This document shows positions 41,894 to 56,148 of a stretch of 64,000 bases of DNA, piece after piece. The notes below the pieces were generated by a model. That model was not told the origin of the DNA and ran no database searches. It saw only the letters and a list, made by a program, of their open reading frames with translations. Both the position numbers and the translations under genes were made by a program. This DNA is from Paraspadella gotoi (Eukaryota; Animalia; Chaetognatha), in NCBI GenBank assembly GCA_051294375.1, contig CM119270.1, positions 6,272,162-6,336,161 of the forward strand, in the 5' to 3' direction. Every line of letters begins with the position of its first letter. The first letter of the stretch is position 1.

Positions 41894-43050
41894 TTTTCAC
41901 TCATTTTTTCCCTTTATTTTATTCCCCATCTCACTTAAAAAATTCCCAACTCTTATCTTTTCTTTGTTTTCCTTTTTTTCTCTTTTTTTTTTCTTTTTCC
42001 TTCATTTTCACCTAATAATTCTTTCAGTGTCCATTTCGCCCTAAGGGCGACCCCTTTCCCACAGCCGTGATCTTTCACCCCCACCACTCACTATTTCTCT
42101 CTTTTTNNNNNNNNNNTGATGTTTCTTCATTACCTTCATTTTCTCTCCGACTCTCTTCTTTCCTTTCCTCCTTTCCTTTGTTTCCTTTCCTCTCATCCTC
42201 CCTTTCATCCTCTCCTCCACCACCTTGCTCCGGATTCACGTTCGAAACTGACCCATGGCTTGCGTGCTCGGACCGAAAGAGAGAGAGANNNNNNNNNNNN
42301 NNNNNNNNNNNNNNNNNNNNNNNNNNNNNNNNNNNNNNNNNNNNNNNNNNNNNNNNNNNNNNNNNNNNNNNNNNNNNNNNNNNNNNNNNNNNNNNNNNNN
42401 NNNNNNNNNNNNNNNNNNNNNNNNNNNTTTTTTTCTTTTTCCTTTTTTCTCGATGTCTCTCTTTTGTTTCCTTTCTGTCCTTTTTTTCCCTCCGCTTTCT
42501 CCTTCCTCCTTTTCTCCCGCCCACTGCGATGCAAGAAAAATGGTTAAAACTGACCCGCGATCGACGATGGTCATCCGAAGAAACGAAAGTGGCAAGGGGA
42601 CAGAGGAAAACATGTAAAAGGCAGTAAGAGAAAGTGAAAGGAAACATTGTAACAAAATATAAAATTGGAATTAAAAGTTGAGGTTGTTGTTGTTGTTATT
42701 TTTTTACTCTGGCTTTTTATTTCGTCATATCCACGACATTATTCTACGACCTTTGTCTCTCATCTAATGTCGTTTTCGATTTATTCCACGACCTTTGTCT
42801 CTGATCCAATGTCCTTTTCTCTTCATTTCTGGACCTTTGTCTCACATCCAATGTCCTTTTCTCTTAATTCCTAGATCTTTGTCTCACATCCAATGTCCTT
42901 TTCGCTTTATTCCGCGACCTTTGTCTCACATCCAATGTCCTTTTCGCTTTATTCCGCGACCTTTGTCTCACATCCAATGTCCTTTTCGCTCTATTCCGCG
43001 ACCTTTGTCTTACATCTAATGTCGTTTGTCCCTTCGCCCACGATTTCACG
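34960..43050. repeat. Large inverted duplication: noisy, gap-free left arm (34960-38680) vs clean but N-gapped right arm (39882-43050)
   Basis: Reverse-complement matches in order: 38550-38680/39882-40025, 37810-38040/40883-41088, 36700-37510/41375-42090, 35430-35670/42520-42730, and the 42-bp minisatellite at 34990-35430/42717-43030. Confidence 0.9.
42717..43030 (+). repeat. 42-bp minisatellite, about 7 copies
   Basis: Unit CTTTGTCTCACATCCAATGTCCTTTTCGCTTTATTCCGCGAC, near-identical in the last copies and diverging leftwards. Confidence 0.9.
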
Positions 43051-43631
43051 NNNNNNNNNNNNNNNNNNNNNNNNNNNNNNNNNNNNNNNNNNNNNNNNNN
43101 NNNNNNNNNNNNNNNNNNNNNNNNNNNNNNNNNNNNNNNNNNNNNNNNNNNNNNNNNNNNNNNNNNNNNNNNNNNNNNNNNNNNNNNNNNNNNNNNNNNN
43201 NNNNNNNNNNNNNNNNNNNNNNNNNNNNNNNNNNNNNNNNNNNNNNNNNNNNNNNNNNNNNNNNNNNNNNNNNNNNNNNNNNNNNNNNNNNNNNNNNNNN
43301 NNNNNNNNNNNNNNNNNNNNNNNNNNNNNNNNNNNNNNNNNNNNNNNNNNNNNNNNNNNNNNNNNNNNNNNNNNNNNNNNNNNNNNNNNNNNNNNNNNNN
43401 NNNNNNNNNNNNNNNNNNNNNNNNNNNNNNNNNNNNNNNNNNNNNNNNNNNNNNNNNNNNNNNNNNNNNNNNNNNNNNNNNNNNNNNNNNNNNNNNNNNN
43501 NNNNNNNNNNNNNNNNNNNNNNNNNNNNNNNNNNNNNNNNNNNNNNNNNNNNNNNNNNNNNNNNNNNNNNNNNNNNNNNNNNNNNNNNNNNNNNNNNNNN
43601 NNNNNNNNNNNNNNNNNNNNNNNNNNNNNNN

Positions 43632-43664
<33 letters not shown>

Positions 43665-44658
43665 TTCGCCGCCATGATGATGCTAATCTTGATGCTTAAT
43701 CAAACCATCTGTTTCTTCTTTCTTTTTTCGCCGATTCTAATTTTTGGGAGGTTTACCGGTGGCTGTTTTTTTTTGGAAGTTAGAACTGACGGCAGTTTTT
43801 TTTTTTTGTTTTTTGTAGATTTGTTTATTGATGTATATTTAAATTTTTTTTAAGTATTTATGTTTATAAAAATACCTACAATCTTGCGTTGTTGGATTCA
43901 CAACTAAGCAAAAGTAATACTAATGAAAAAGACGATAGTAATTGCGATTACGATTGTTAGAAAAAATGAGCAATGACAAACTTTATTTGTCGGCGAAGAC
44001 GACGATGAAAGATAATGACAAACGATGACGATTACAAATGGAGAAACGACAAAAGTGAAAAGGCAGTGAAGGGATAAAGGGAGGGAGAGAAGATTGAGGT
44101 AACTGGGTGAAGGATTCCTTCAACGTTGGTGATGACACGCGACTGAAAGAGTTTGGAGTTCAAAAAAATCCTAAACTCACTTTAAAGTTATGAAATTGTT
44201 ACTACCAATATAAAATTATCCATTCATTCAATAAATAAGTTAACTTGTCATCGACGTTAGACAGGCTATAGTTTGTGAATGACTCGTTTATTCACTCCCA
44301 GCGTACCTGGCTTCCCTATCAATGAAGTGCTTTTAATAATGTTTTAAAGAACTGTTTGAATTGTATAAAAATAACAACTTCTTTAAGCATCATGTCATCA
44401 TGTCATTTCATCATGTCATCCTTAAAGCATCATGTCGTCGTCGTCAGTGTCATCGGTGGTTTTGCTTTCGACTCCATCTTGATACTTTTCTATCGAGATC
44501 TACATCTACTTCATCCTAGTCGTCTTCATCGTCATCGTCGTCGTCATCGTTGTCGTCGTCGTTTTCCCTCCCGCCGCCGACAGCCTCCGTTCCCTTTTTA
44601 TGATTCGCACCATTTCTTCCCAGAAATTGATTCCCTTTTATGACTTTCGCCAAGGTGA

Positions 44659-44698
<40 letters not shown>

Positions 44699-45466
44699 AT
44701 TGATCAACCATCAGACGGAGCGGATGAAGCGACGAGCTGATGGAAAGACGTGATGTAGAAAGAGTGATGTGGAAACTGATAACTGATGGAGAGACTATCG
44801 ACGTCGCTGTTGTTGTTTTTAATTTTCTTTGCGATCAACGCGCAGGTGTTACAATTTAATCTACTTCTCTGTCGTCAAGAAAACGAAATAAACGATGGAA
44901 GCAAAGTAAAAGAAAATTGAAAAAAAATTAGGATACTGTCTGTCTTTCTTTCTTTCTTTTTTTCTTTCTCTTTCTCTATCTGTTACAATCTGGCAAAAAA
45001 CTTCTCATAATTATCAGTTTTTTTAAGTTTTTTGTTTTTGTCCGTCTTCTTTTTTTTTTCATTCGCACTCCGTTTATTTTCATTTTCTTTCCTTAATTTC
45101 GCCTTCACAATAAACCGTTGCTTTCTCAAAAGATAAAACTTAAAACGTCCACGAACTATTAAATTCCATGATACTTAGGTCTCTTTAATTTTTGGAGGCT
45201 CTTTTTCAATTTTTTTTTAATTTTTTGTCATCTTTACTTCTTTTTATTTTCGTCCCTCCCTTTTTTCTTCTCTCTCTCTCTCTCTTTTTATTTCTTTTTC
45301 GCTTTCTTCTCTCTCTTTCTTTTTTCGTTATTTTCTTTCTTTTTTTCTCTTTTTCATTTGACTGTTTCTCTTTTTCCTTCACTTTTATTGCTCTCGTTTT
45401 CAACTGATTTCACTTTTTCATCCCATCACCGTTTTAGCTTCCGTCTCTTTTCATTCTCTCTTTCTT

Positions 45467-45502
<36 letters not shown>

Positions 45503-46182
45503 NNNNNNNNNNNNNNNNNNNNNNNNNNNNNNNNNNNNNNNNNNNNNNNNNNNNNNNNNNNNNNNNNNNNNNNNNNNNNNNNNNNNNNNNNNNNNNNNNN
45601 NNNNNNNNNNNNNNNNNNNNNNNNNNNNNNNNNNNNNNNNNNNNNNNNNNNNNNNNNNNNNNNNNNTCTCTCTCTCTTTATTAGCTATCGTTAACATTTT
45701 TTTTGTCCATTGCTGAATGTCCCGGGCAAACAAATGACAATCTTATCCCTACTTTTTGAGAATGTCATCATCCTTCATATCTTTAGTCTCATTATAATAA
45801 CGAATTTTAACATTTTAGTTTTAGTTTTCTTTTAATTACACATTCATTCCGTCACTTTGCGTCCATCAGATCTGAATCAATCATAAAATTTTCAAATCCT
45901 TAAGATGAAAACGAAGGAAAGAAAGAAAGAACGACAAAGAAAGGTAATAGAGAGAGTCGGCATAAAAGAGAGTCATTGCCAAATATCTCTCTCTCTCTCT
46001 CNNNNNNNNNNNNNNNNNNNNNNNNNNNNNNNNNNNNNNNNNNNNNNNNNNNNNNNNNNNNNNNNNNNNNNNNNNNNNNNNNNNNNNNNNNNNNNNNNNN
46101 NNNNNNNNNNNNNNNNNNNNNNNNNNNNNNNNNNNNNNNNNNNNNNNNNNNNNNNNNNNNNNNNNNNNNNNNNNNNNNNNNN

Positions 46183-46220
<38 letters not shown>

Positions 46221-47524
46221 GGGGCTTTTTGCATCACAATGTCTGGTTTCCAGCGAAAGTCGTAAGGTGGGTTTGAATGGAGGAGAAAGAAAAGAAGGGA
46301 AAGTGAGAGGAGGAAAGAAAAGTAGAAAGAGTAGTATAGTGGATTAGAGGAACTATGAAATAGTATAAAGATAAAGACAAACTACTAAGAGAAAATAAGT
46401 GAGGATACTATTTAATATCATAGATGAGATAATCTCGACAGCAGACAAGCAGCAAGCCTTGTGCCCAAACTCAGGAAGAAAAATAAGAAAGTAAATTTGG
46501 TATCAAGCTTTTATGCTTATTCTTCCAGGATCCGACAAGCATCTTCGGTTGCAAGCAAGCTTATCTCCTTCGTTTTCTCACCTCTCGTGAGGAATCAAGT
46601 TTTGGAAACAAAAGAGGAAAAGATGAAGACAGAACGCCGATTTAAAAATCCCTAGATTCCNNNNNNNNNNNNNNNNNNNNNNNNNNNNNNNNNNNNNNNN
46701 NNNNNNNNNNNNNNNNNNNNNNNNNNNNNNNNNNNNNNNNNNNNNNNNNNNNNNNNNNNNNNNNNNNNNNNNNNNNNNNNNNNNNNNNNNNAAAGGAAAA
46801 ACAGAATCGTAAGATAAAATAATTTCTACGTACCTCTATCTGTTTGTGTTTCCGTCTGTCTGCCGTCCTGTCTGGCTCTTTATTTGTCTCGCTGTCTCTC
46901 TCTCTCTCGTTCTCATTCTCTCCCAATCTCTCGATTTGAGTCTAATTCCCTTTTCTCTTTCTCATCATTGACAAAGGCCAACGACATCTTTTTTCGCTCC
47001 AGGGGAGATTTTTTTTTCTCTCTCTCGTTTCGCTAATCCCCGGCCCTTACCCTTCCCCAGCTGTTTCCCATCCCCAGCCCTGCCACATCCCAGGCCCTTT
47101 CCGATCTCTATCTTACCCCCTACCTCGACTATCCTACCCGCTCGCTGTCTTCCCCGCAGCGCCAACCTCTCGTAACGGAAATGAAAAGAACCAATGGAGG
47201 ACAAAAGCGGCGGAGGACAAATGAACATCGACGACGACGACGACGATAACGTGGGAAATANNNNNNNNNNNNNNNNNNNNNNNNNNNNNNNNNNNNNNNN
47301 NNNNNNNNNNNNNNNNNNNNNNNNNNNNNNNNNNNNNNNNNNNNNNNNNNNNNNNNNNNNNNNNNNNNNNNNNNNNNNNNNNNNNNNNNNNNNNNNNNNN
47401 NNNNNNNNNNNNNNNCGTTCTTTCCGTTCATTAACTTCTGAAAATTGTCCTCCCGATCGCATTTTCAATTTTCTACCAAAAGATCAGTTCATTATTCTGG
47501 ATTCTTTCCAAATCAGTCGTTTCC

Positions 47525-47562
<38 letters not shown>

Positions 47563-50077
47563 TTCTTTCTCTTTTTCTTATCTTAGATTTTTTAATTCGC
47601 TCTTTCTTTTTATTATTCTTCTTTTCACTCTTTCCAGTGAAAAATTCCTTTCCCTTTCTCTATCTTGCTCTCGCTATTGAAATGAAACCGACCGAGAGAA
47701 ATGAGCTTCAGTCTTTTAACTTTCGATTTGAGTCGAAAATTCGATTTGCATTCATTAGAAATTTCAGGGGAAAAAAAGATGTTCTCTTTCATATTATTAT
47801 CCAGCTAAATCTTTTTTTCATCACTAAAAATAAGGAGTTCTTTAGAACTTTTTGATATCATATATGTTTCATATTGGAGGAAAAGTCGTGCAACAGATAA
47901 TGACGTAATAATTCAAAAATAGTTTGATTGTTAAATGTTAACAACTTAATTTTAAGTGAAAATTTGCGAAGTTTCTTTGAAATAAGCTTTTACAGTCTGC
48001 ACTTTTGATATCTTTAGCAAAATTTATCCTACTCAACAATATGGAATAGGAATTGATTAATTGATTAATTGATTAATTGATTAATCCAAGATCAGAAAGA
48101 CAGACAGCCAGACACACAGACAGACAGATTAGCGTCTTACCGTGAAGCCATGATTAAAATACCAGGGAGAAGCCGCTCGTTATCGTCGTCGTCGTCGTCG
48201 TCGTCATTCGTCATCCGTTTAGTTTCCTTCGAGTTGATTGGATCCAAAACAACTGAAATATCATCATCCGTCGATATTTTTTTCAGTTGATGGGGTTGGA
48301 ATGTTTGCGATGTTGTTGAACGTTTACCACATCAATGCTGTCGTAAGGACTCCTCGCAGAAGTTCACCTCGCATCCCAACTTCCCCATCAGATCAAAGGG
48401 GTCGCGGATTTACTTTTTTTTGTGTGTGGCTGTCGAAACGGGTGTATCTTTGAAAAGGAAGAGGAAGAAGAAGGAAGAAGAAGAAGGAAGAAGAGATAAA
48501 GAAAGAGGAGTAGGAGGAGGAGGAGGATGAGGATGAGGAGGAGGAAGGGTCGACCTTTCTTTTCAGTCCGTCTAGAATCTTGGTTGGTCTATCCCCCTTT
48601 GGCCATCGACCTATAGAGAGAGAGAGTGAGAGGGAGAGAGAGAGAAAGAAAAAGAGAGAGAGAGAGAGAGACATAATAGTCCTCATAAATAAGAAATTGT
48701 GGGCAGCCAAGAAGACCCCAAACATTTCCCCTTCCTTACTCGACCATCATAATCTTTTGTNNNNNNNNNNNNNNNNNNNNNNNNNNNNNNNNNNNNNNNN
48801 NNNNNNNNNNNNNNNNNNNNNNNNNNNNNNNNNNNNNNNNNNNNNNNNNNNNNNNNNNNNNNNNNNNNNNNNNNNNNNNNNNNNNNNNNNNNNNNNNNNN
48901 NNNNNNNNNNNNNNNNNNNNNNNNNNNNNNNNNNNNNNNNNNNNNNNNNNNNNNNNNNNNNNNNNNNNNNNNNNNNNNNNNNNNNNNNNNNNNNNNNNNN
49001 NNNNNNNNNNNNNNNNNNNNNNNNNNNNNNNNNNNNNNNNNNNNNNNNNNNNNNNNNNNNNNNNNNNNNNNNNNNNNNNNNAATAAAATCATAAACTTTG
49101 GATGCTGAGCTTGTGAATGATGTAAGAATATTTAATATTTGACTTCAAAATATAACGCTTTATCCCTCTCCTCACCTCGATCCCATTTCTCCCTCCATAC
49201 CCCATCCATTCCATTCCCNNNNNNNNNNNNNNNNNNNNNNNNNNNNNNNNNNNNNNNNNNNNNNNNNNNNNNNNNNNNNNNNNNNNNNNNNNNNNNNNNN
49301 NNNNNNNNNNNNNNNNNNNNNNNNNNNNNNNNNNNNNNNNNNNNNNNNNNNNNNNNNNNNNNNNNNNNNNNNNNNNNNNNNNNNNNNNNNNNNNNNNNNN
49401 NNNNNNNNNNNNNNNNNNNNNNNNNNNNNNNNNNNNNNNNNNNNNNNNNNNNNNNNNNNNNNNNNNNNNNNNNNNNNNNNNNNNNNNNNNNNNNNNNNNN
49501 NNNNNNNNNNNNNNNNNNNNNNNNNNNNNNNNNNNNNNNNNNNNNNNNNNNNNNNNNNNNNNNNNNNNNNNNNNNNNNNNNNNNNNNNNNNNNNNNNNNN
49601 NNNNNNNNNNNNNNNNNNNNNNNNNNNNNNNNNNNNNNNNNNNNNNNNNNNNNNNNNNNNNNNNNNNNNNNNNNNNNNNNNNNNNNNNNNNNNNNNNNNN
49701 NNNNNNNNNNNNNNNNNNNNNNNNNNNNNNNNNNNNNNNNNNNNNNNNNNNNNNNNNNNNNNNNNNNNNNNNNNNNNNNNNNNNNNNNNNNNNNNNNNNN
49801 NNNNNNNNNNNNNNNNNNNNNNNNNNNNNNNNNAAAAAAAAAACCTAGACGAAAGCTTGGAGGCTCGTGTGACATCCTTCCGCCTTCCATTATATTTTAA
49901 CGACATCCGGGAAAGAGATTCTTCCGGGTGACGAAGAAGGACAAAACTCTTCATTACCTTGAAGTCAATCGTCGTCGTCGTTGTCGTCGCTTTCGTCGTC
50001 GTCGTCGCGGTTCATACCTTATTTGCATAAAACTTAACAAAAAACTGCCAACCAACGATGAAGGAGGCGACAGAGAG

Positions 50078-50197
<120 letters not shown>

Positions 50198-51365
50198 TAA
50201 ACGCGACAAGAAGATGGCGCTGGAAATATGAGCGTTTAAACTTGATGAAGGAGAGGGGAGGGGGAGTGAGAGAGTGAGGAAAACGACAAAGACTGAAGAA
50301 TCAGGATAAGGAAAAAAAGGGGAAAAACTTAAGAGACAGAGAGACAGGGACAGCAGGAAAGGGAGAGACAGAGTCGAACAAAACAAACCTTCCTGAAAAA
50401 TATCGCGCTATTTCAAATATGGGAAACGCGGGAAAAAAAAATAGTAACCTTTCTCGCTCGTCACGAATTCGTAAAACTTTTAAAACCGCTACATGCAAAT
50501 GAGTTTTAAGTTGTTTAATGAACGCCGAAGGTTGAAGCCAAAGTTGGCGGTTGTGATGAGAGACGGAGACATCGGCAGACGGAATGAGGAAGAAAAAGGG
50601 GATGGAGGGAAGAAAACAGAGTTGGAAAGAAAGACAAGAAAGAAGATTAAAGAATAAGGGGGTTTTAGAGAAAGTACATTTTTTACTTGCTTCAAATACA
50701 TGGTGAGCATGTCTTTTCTGAAATTCATTTACTTTTTTTCGGTTTGTGATTTTTGTTTGATATAATTTCTTTCTTATTCCTCTCAAATCTATCCTTTCAA
50801 TCTTTAGTAATATTTGACAAACTTTACTAATGAAATAAAATCGTAAAAGCAGAAAAACAAAATCCTATTTTTAAATCATTTTCTCATAAGTTCTATCACC
50901 TCATATTTCTTTTTTTCTTTTCTTCTACACATTTCCCTTTTTTCCTTTCTTTTTCAATCCCCTCATCTCCTTTCCTCCTTTGCCCTCTCCTTTCCTCCCT
51001 GAACCCCCTCCTCATCCTCTCTCCCGCCTCTTTAATCTTTTTTAGAGAAAAGAAAATTGAAGGAAGCCCAGATTTATTTCTGCCAATAAATCGACGAATA
51101 AAAGAAAACATGTTTCTTTTGGGTTCCCCGTCGCGCCAGCCTCTGTCCCGCGTTGCACACCCGGGCTTGTGGGCAACCATATCCCCATGCTTCTCCAGCC
51201 CCTGGTACTCTTGCCCCAACCAACTCCAGTCCCCGCCACTCCTTCCAACATTCCGTCCACACCCTTTTCTCACTACCTTCTCCATAAACCCTTTCCCTTC
51301 TCCCACCCGACGCATCTTACTCTGCAATTCTTCGTCGAATCCTATCGTAAATTTTCAAACAAATC

Positions 51366-51476
<111 letters not shown>

Positions 51477-51726
51477 GCTAAGAAAAAGATTCTTCTCACT
51501 TTGGGCAGCCGATAGCGCGAAGATTACGAAATCTTCAAACTTCTGTACGTAGCTCCCTCTCTCTCTCTCTTTCTCTTTTTCATGGTCTCCCTCTCTGTCT
51601 TTCCTCGTCACCGTCACACGTATTTTTTCGTTGCCCATCTTTTACGGTTTGAAAAAATTTGGTTTGACTTGAGACTAAATTCTGTTTCCTAACCCTTTTT
51701 TTACTGTCAAAATCTCTATTTCTCTC

Positions 51727-51850
<124 letters not shown>

Positions 51851-52282
51851 GCAATCGAGCAATCTTTCATCATTTGACGTCCCTTTCTTTATCACAAAAG
51901 TCGCGGTTTTTAATGTATCCATTTTTGTGGAAAACAAATTCGGGCTCGATCAACATGCTGTCCTTTTTTTGAATTAGTTACGATATTACGTGAAGTTTTT
52001 GATATGGTTTCATTCAAATCTTAGACTTTTTAAACTATATAATTTCCAATTGTGACAGGATTGAAAATCGTAGTTTGTTACAGTATTGTCAGCTTAGAAC
52101 CGTAACAATCCGTGAATAGTTTTTCTCGTCGTTTTCGTCGTCGTTTTCATCGTCGCTATTGTCGTCGTCGTCTTCGTCCTCCTCATCGTCGCTGCTCCGC
52201 CACATCATGAATCCCGCGTCACGTGATTTGTCTTCGACTTTTTCGTTTTTATGGATTTCGGATTCTAAACAAAAGTCCAAAG

Positions 52283-52344
<62 letters not shown>

Positions 52345-55044
52345 AAGAATGAGAAGAAGCCAATAAAAACTTCACATACCAAAGCCAGCAGTTTTTACTG
52401 TGACATTCCTTTTCACTAAACTCCTTTACCTCGCAGCATTTGGCTTTAAAATTATTAGGATCCTGAAAATTTTATTGAGATTCTTCCGCCGAGTATCTTC
52501 GAGCCTCCTACACTTAAGATTAAAATCGGAACAAAAATCACTTTATGCAATCCTATTCCTCAAAACCATTCGCTTCTTTGCTCCTTCACTTCATGTAGTT
52601 CGTCTTCACGATGTCAATCATTCCAAGTCCCAATGTTTCGTATTAACCATAATCACAATTATAAATTTATTATTTATTATAAAACATGATTTTTCTATTT
52701 TAATTTTATCAATTTTAAAAATTTAAAATACAACGCTATATTCTTCATCCACGGAGCGATCCCTTTTTTTCCCGCCATAAATCTAAACCTCTTACCTTTC
52801 TTTCTTTACCAATTCCCAAATCTCTCCTCGCTTTCTTCAAAATCTAAATCCTTACCCCCCTCAACCGCCCCCCCCACACTCGAACGAACCAATTTTATGA
52901 AGTGAGTCTTCGATTCGTCGTTGGGATTTTTATCGTCGCCTCTTTATACTTTTATCGCTTCGTCAAGAAACTTGCCTTTTCGCTCTCTTTCGATTTTCTC
53001 TCACCTATCTATTTCTCTTCTTTCTCTTCTTATATTTTTTTTTCTATTTCCCATCTTTTTAAGTCTCAGTCTGAAAACTCAATAGGTTAGCGATTCGTTT
53101 TTTTTTCGGCGTAACTTTTCTCTATTGAATGAAAGGCCTTCTACGCCGGGGGCGGCGGCNNNNNNNNNNNNNNNNNNNNNNNNNNNNNNNNNNNNNNNNN
53201 NNNNNNNNNNNNNNNNNNNNNNNNNNNNNNNNNNNNNNNNNNNNNNNNNNNNNNNNNNNNNNNNNNNNNNNNNNNNNNNNNNNNNNNNNNNNNNNNNNNN
53301 NNNNNNNNNNNNNNNNNNNNNNNNNNNNNNNNNNNNNNNNNNNNNNNNNNNNNNNNNNNNNNNNNNNNNNNNNNNNNTCGCGTAAAGACGCATAAAATTC
53401 CAAATGGGAGTCTCATTTTTGGCCGAGAGCCTTCCGCGGAATTTTTGATATTGAGACTCGGCCTCTCACTCTCACTCCCTCTTTCCTTTTTACTCTCTCT
53501 CTCTCGTATTAACATTTCTTTAACTTTTTACTCTCTTTTAACGTATCATTTAGACTTTAAAGCTTATCTTTTAACAATACATAAAGGCTGAACACAAAGG
53601 ATCCCCAGAGTGAGAACGTAATGTATGACTTAATCATAACACCACAACACTGACGAGAGGCGCCACTTTAGTTAGCAGAGAACTCTATCTTAAGAATTAA
53701 AAACTCGTGTGCTCAAATACAACTATATTCTCTCTCTCTCTTTCTGAAATAAATGATATAAGTTTCTCATATATTCTCTCGTTCCATTATCCTCTTTACT
53801 TCTCCTCCCTATGTTTGTCCAACTGTTCTCATTCGTATATTATTTATCATCAGCTTCGTCTCCTCGTCTTCTCTCCCCTTAAATNNNNNNNNNNNNNNNN
53901 NNNNNNNNNNNNNNNNNNNNNNNNNNNNNNNNNNNNNNNNNNNNNNNNNNNNNNNNNNNNNNNNNNNNNNNNNNNNNNNNNNNNNNNNNNNNNNNNNNNN
54001 NNNNNNNNNNNNNNNNNNNNNNNNNNNNNNNNNNNNNNNNNNNNNNNNNNNNAGAGAGAGAGAGAGAGAGAGGTCAAAGGTCGAGATGGATGAAAGGTCA
54101 CGTCGAGATCAAAGGTCGAATCACCTCGAGTGGCGAAGGAAGCGAATTGACTCAATCTCAGTCCCTCGTTTGTTACTCTCTCTCTCTCTCGCTCTCTCGC
54201 TCTCTCGCTCTCACTCTTACACTCTCTCTCCTCTATCTTTTCTCTCTCATCCAGTCTATTTTCTAAGAGTTAAAACCAAGCAATACTATTGTATAAACTA
54301 CACTAAGTTTATAAACTATTCGCAATAAACATCGACGAAACCCGCAAGAAATCAGCCGCAATTAATTTTCTCCCATCGAAATTAACCCAATCTTTTTTTC
54401 ACCCTTGTCCATCGACTCCCTCTCCTCTCACCCCCTCTTCCGCCCCCCTCCCTCAGAACCGGGTCAGCCTTTCCCCCCCCCCCACCTTTCATAAAAAAAG
54501 TCGTCGTTGGAAATTTGCGTCGTGACTTTTGCGGCGCACGAGGCAAAACCTAAAGTGGTCAAGCGTAGACGGAAAGAGGAAGAGAGGGGAAGTAGGGAAG
54601 GGAGGAAAGAGTGAAACCGAGCCGGAACCGGAAATGGTCGGAGAAGATGAAGGGAGGGCGCCGAACCGTGACCACGACCCTTGCCGACGGTCGTGGGATG
54701 ACGGAGGGTGTGGACTGTGGAGGGCTGTGGTTTTCGTGATGTGGGTATGGGGTAAAGTGAAAACGAGGCTGGAGTGAGATGCGGGTGTTTTAATAATGAA
54801 ACCGGTATTTCTTCACTGCCACTCGCTCTCAATTTCTTTTCCTTCCCCGTTTCCCCTGACTTCGCTTTATCCTCCTCATCACCCTCCTCTTCTTCTTCCT
54901 CCTCCTCTTCTTTCTCCTCCTCCTCTTTTTCCTCCGCCTCCTCCTCTTTCCTTCACCAGAGGCGATTTCTCGACCTCCGTGGCCTTTTGACCTTTTCCCA
55001 CTTTCTCACCTTTTTTCACGAGGAGGGGGCCAAACGAATTTCCC

Positions 55045-55127
<83 letters not shown>

Positions 55128-55455
55128 AACCAGCGTTATGAGCCGATTACTTTTTCGACATCAAAAGGAAAGCTGCCAATCCCTCGAAAAACAAAATAGA
55201 ATTAGTTTTAATATGTGTCACATTTATTTTTTTCCCTTTTTGCCCTTCTGTCCCTACCCCGATTCTTTCAATCCCAAATCTAACCCTTACCCTTACCCTA
55301 TCTGTGCATCAATAATCCTGTCTTAAACCGACCGATTATGTTTTTTCCCCCTCTCCTGACATTTTTCATGCCATCTTATCCCGGCCTTTCTTTTGTCCAC
55401 CTCTCCCCATTTCCATACACCAACTAACCTTTTTCCCACCTACCCTTTCTCCAAG

Positions 55456-55955
55456 GACCAGATTTTCCAAGAATTCGATCTTAGCATGACCCCGATCTCT
55501 TCCTCTTCAACCTCAATCAGTCACCTCCCCGTCCCTTCCTCTTCCCTCTCCACCTCTTCCTCCCTTTTCCTCCTCTTCCCCTCCCCGGATTTCCTCCCCT
55601 TCTTCCTCTCTTCCCTCTTCCTCTCCCCCCGCCGACCCGATCGCATGATCCCTCAAGGCTCTCCCTCTCCCTCTTCCTCCCCGCCTCCGTCTCTCCCTTC
55701 TCCCTTTCCCTTTTCCCCCTCACCTCCCTCCCTTCCTTTCTCTCCGTCTCCTCCGCTGGCTGATATTCGATCTCACCGCCAGTTTTCGAAGTTTGTATCG
55801 TCAAGTTTTCGAACCCAGTCTGGCGTTGAATCTTTCGCTGAATCAGGCGCTCGATCAGGCGCCCGATCAGGTGCTCGATCAAACGCCTAGTCAGGCGCCG
55901 AATCTCGGTCAGCGTCTTGATCGGTGTCAAGGGTCGACTCAAGGACTCGGCGAAG
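55456..55955 (+). CDS. FoxJ2/3: FoxJ2/3-family gene, Ser/Pro-rich internal exon with the conserved DLxASFRSLY motif (5' boundary uncertain, internal indels)
   Basis: 55766-55813 translates FDLTASFRSLYRQVFE, matching the vertebrate FOXJ3 motif DLSASFRSLYKSVFE as recalled. It continues PSLALNLSLNQALDQAPDQVLDQTPSQ...GLGE to donor AAG|GTAAAA at 55955/55956. Candidate acceptor CCCTTTCTCCAAG at 55455. The motif frame has TGA at 55646, so indels are needed upstream. Confidence 0.7.
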
Positions 55956-56148
55956 GTAAAAGGGATTAAAAATGTAAACTAATCCTTTTCCTTTTCCCTT
56001 TCTTTTCCTTTTCCTTTTCCGATTCTTTTCCTTTCTATCATTCCTCTCTCTTTTTTCCTCGTTTCTTTTTCTTTTCTTTCCTCTCTTTTTCTTTTTATCT
56101 TTTTTTCTCTTTCCTTCCATCCTTTCCACCCACTCCATCTCTCCACAG

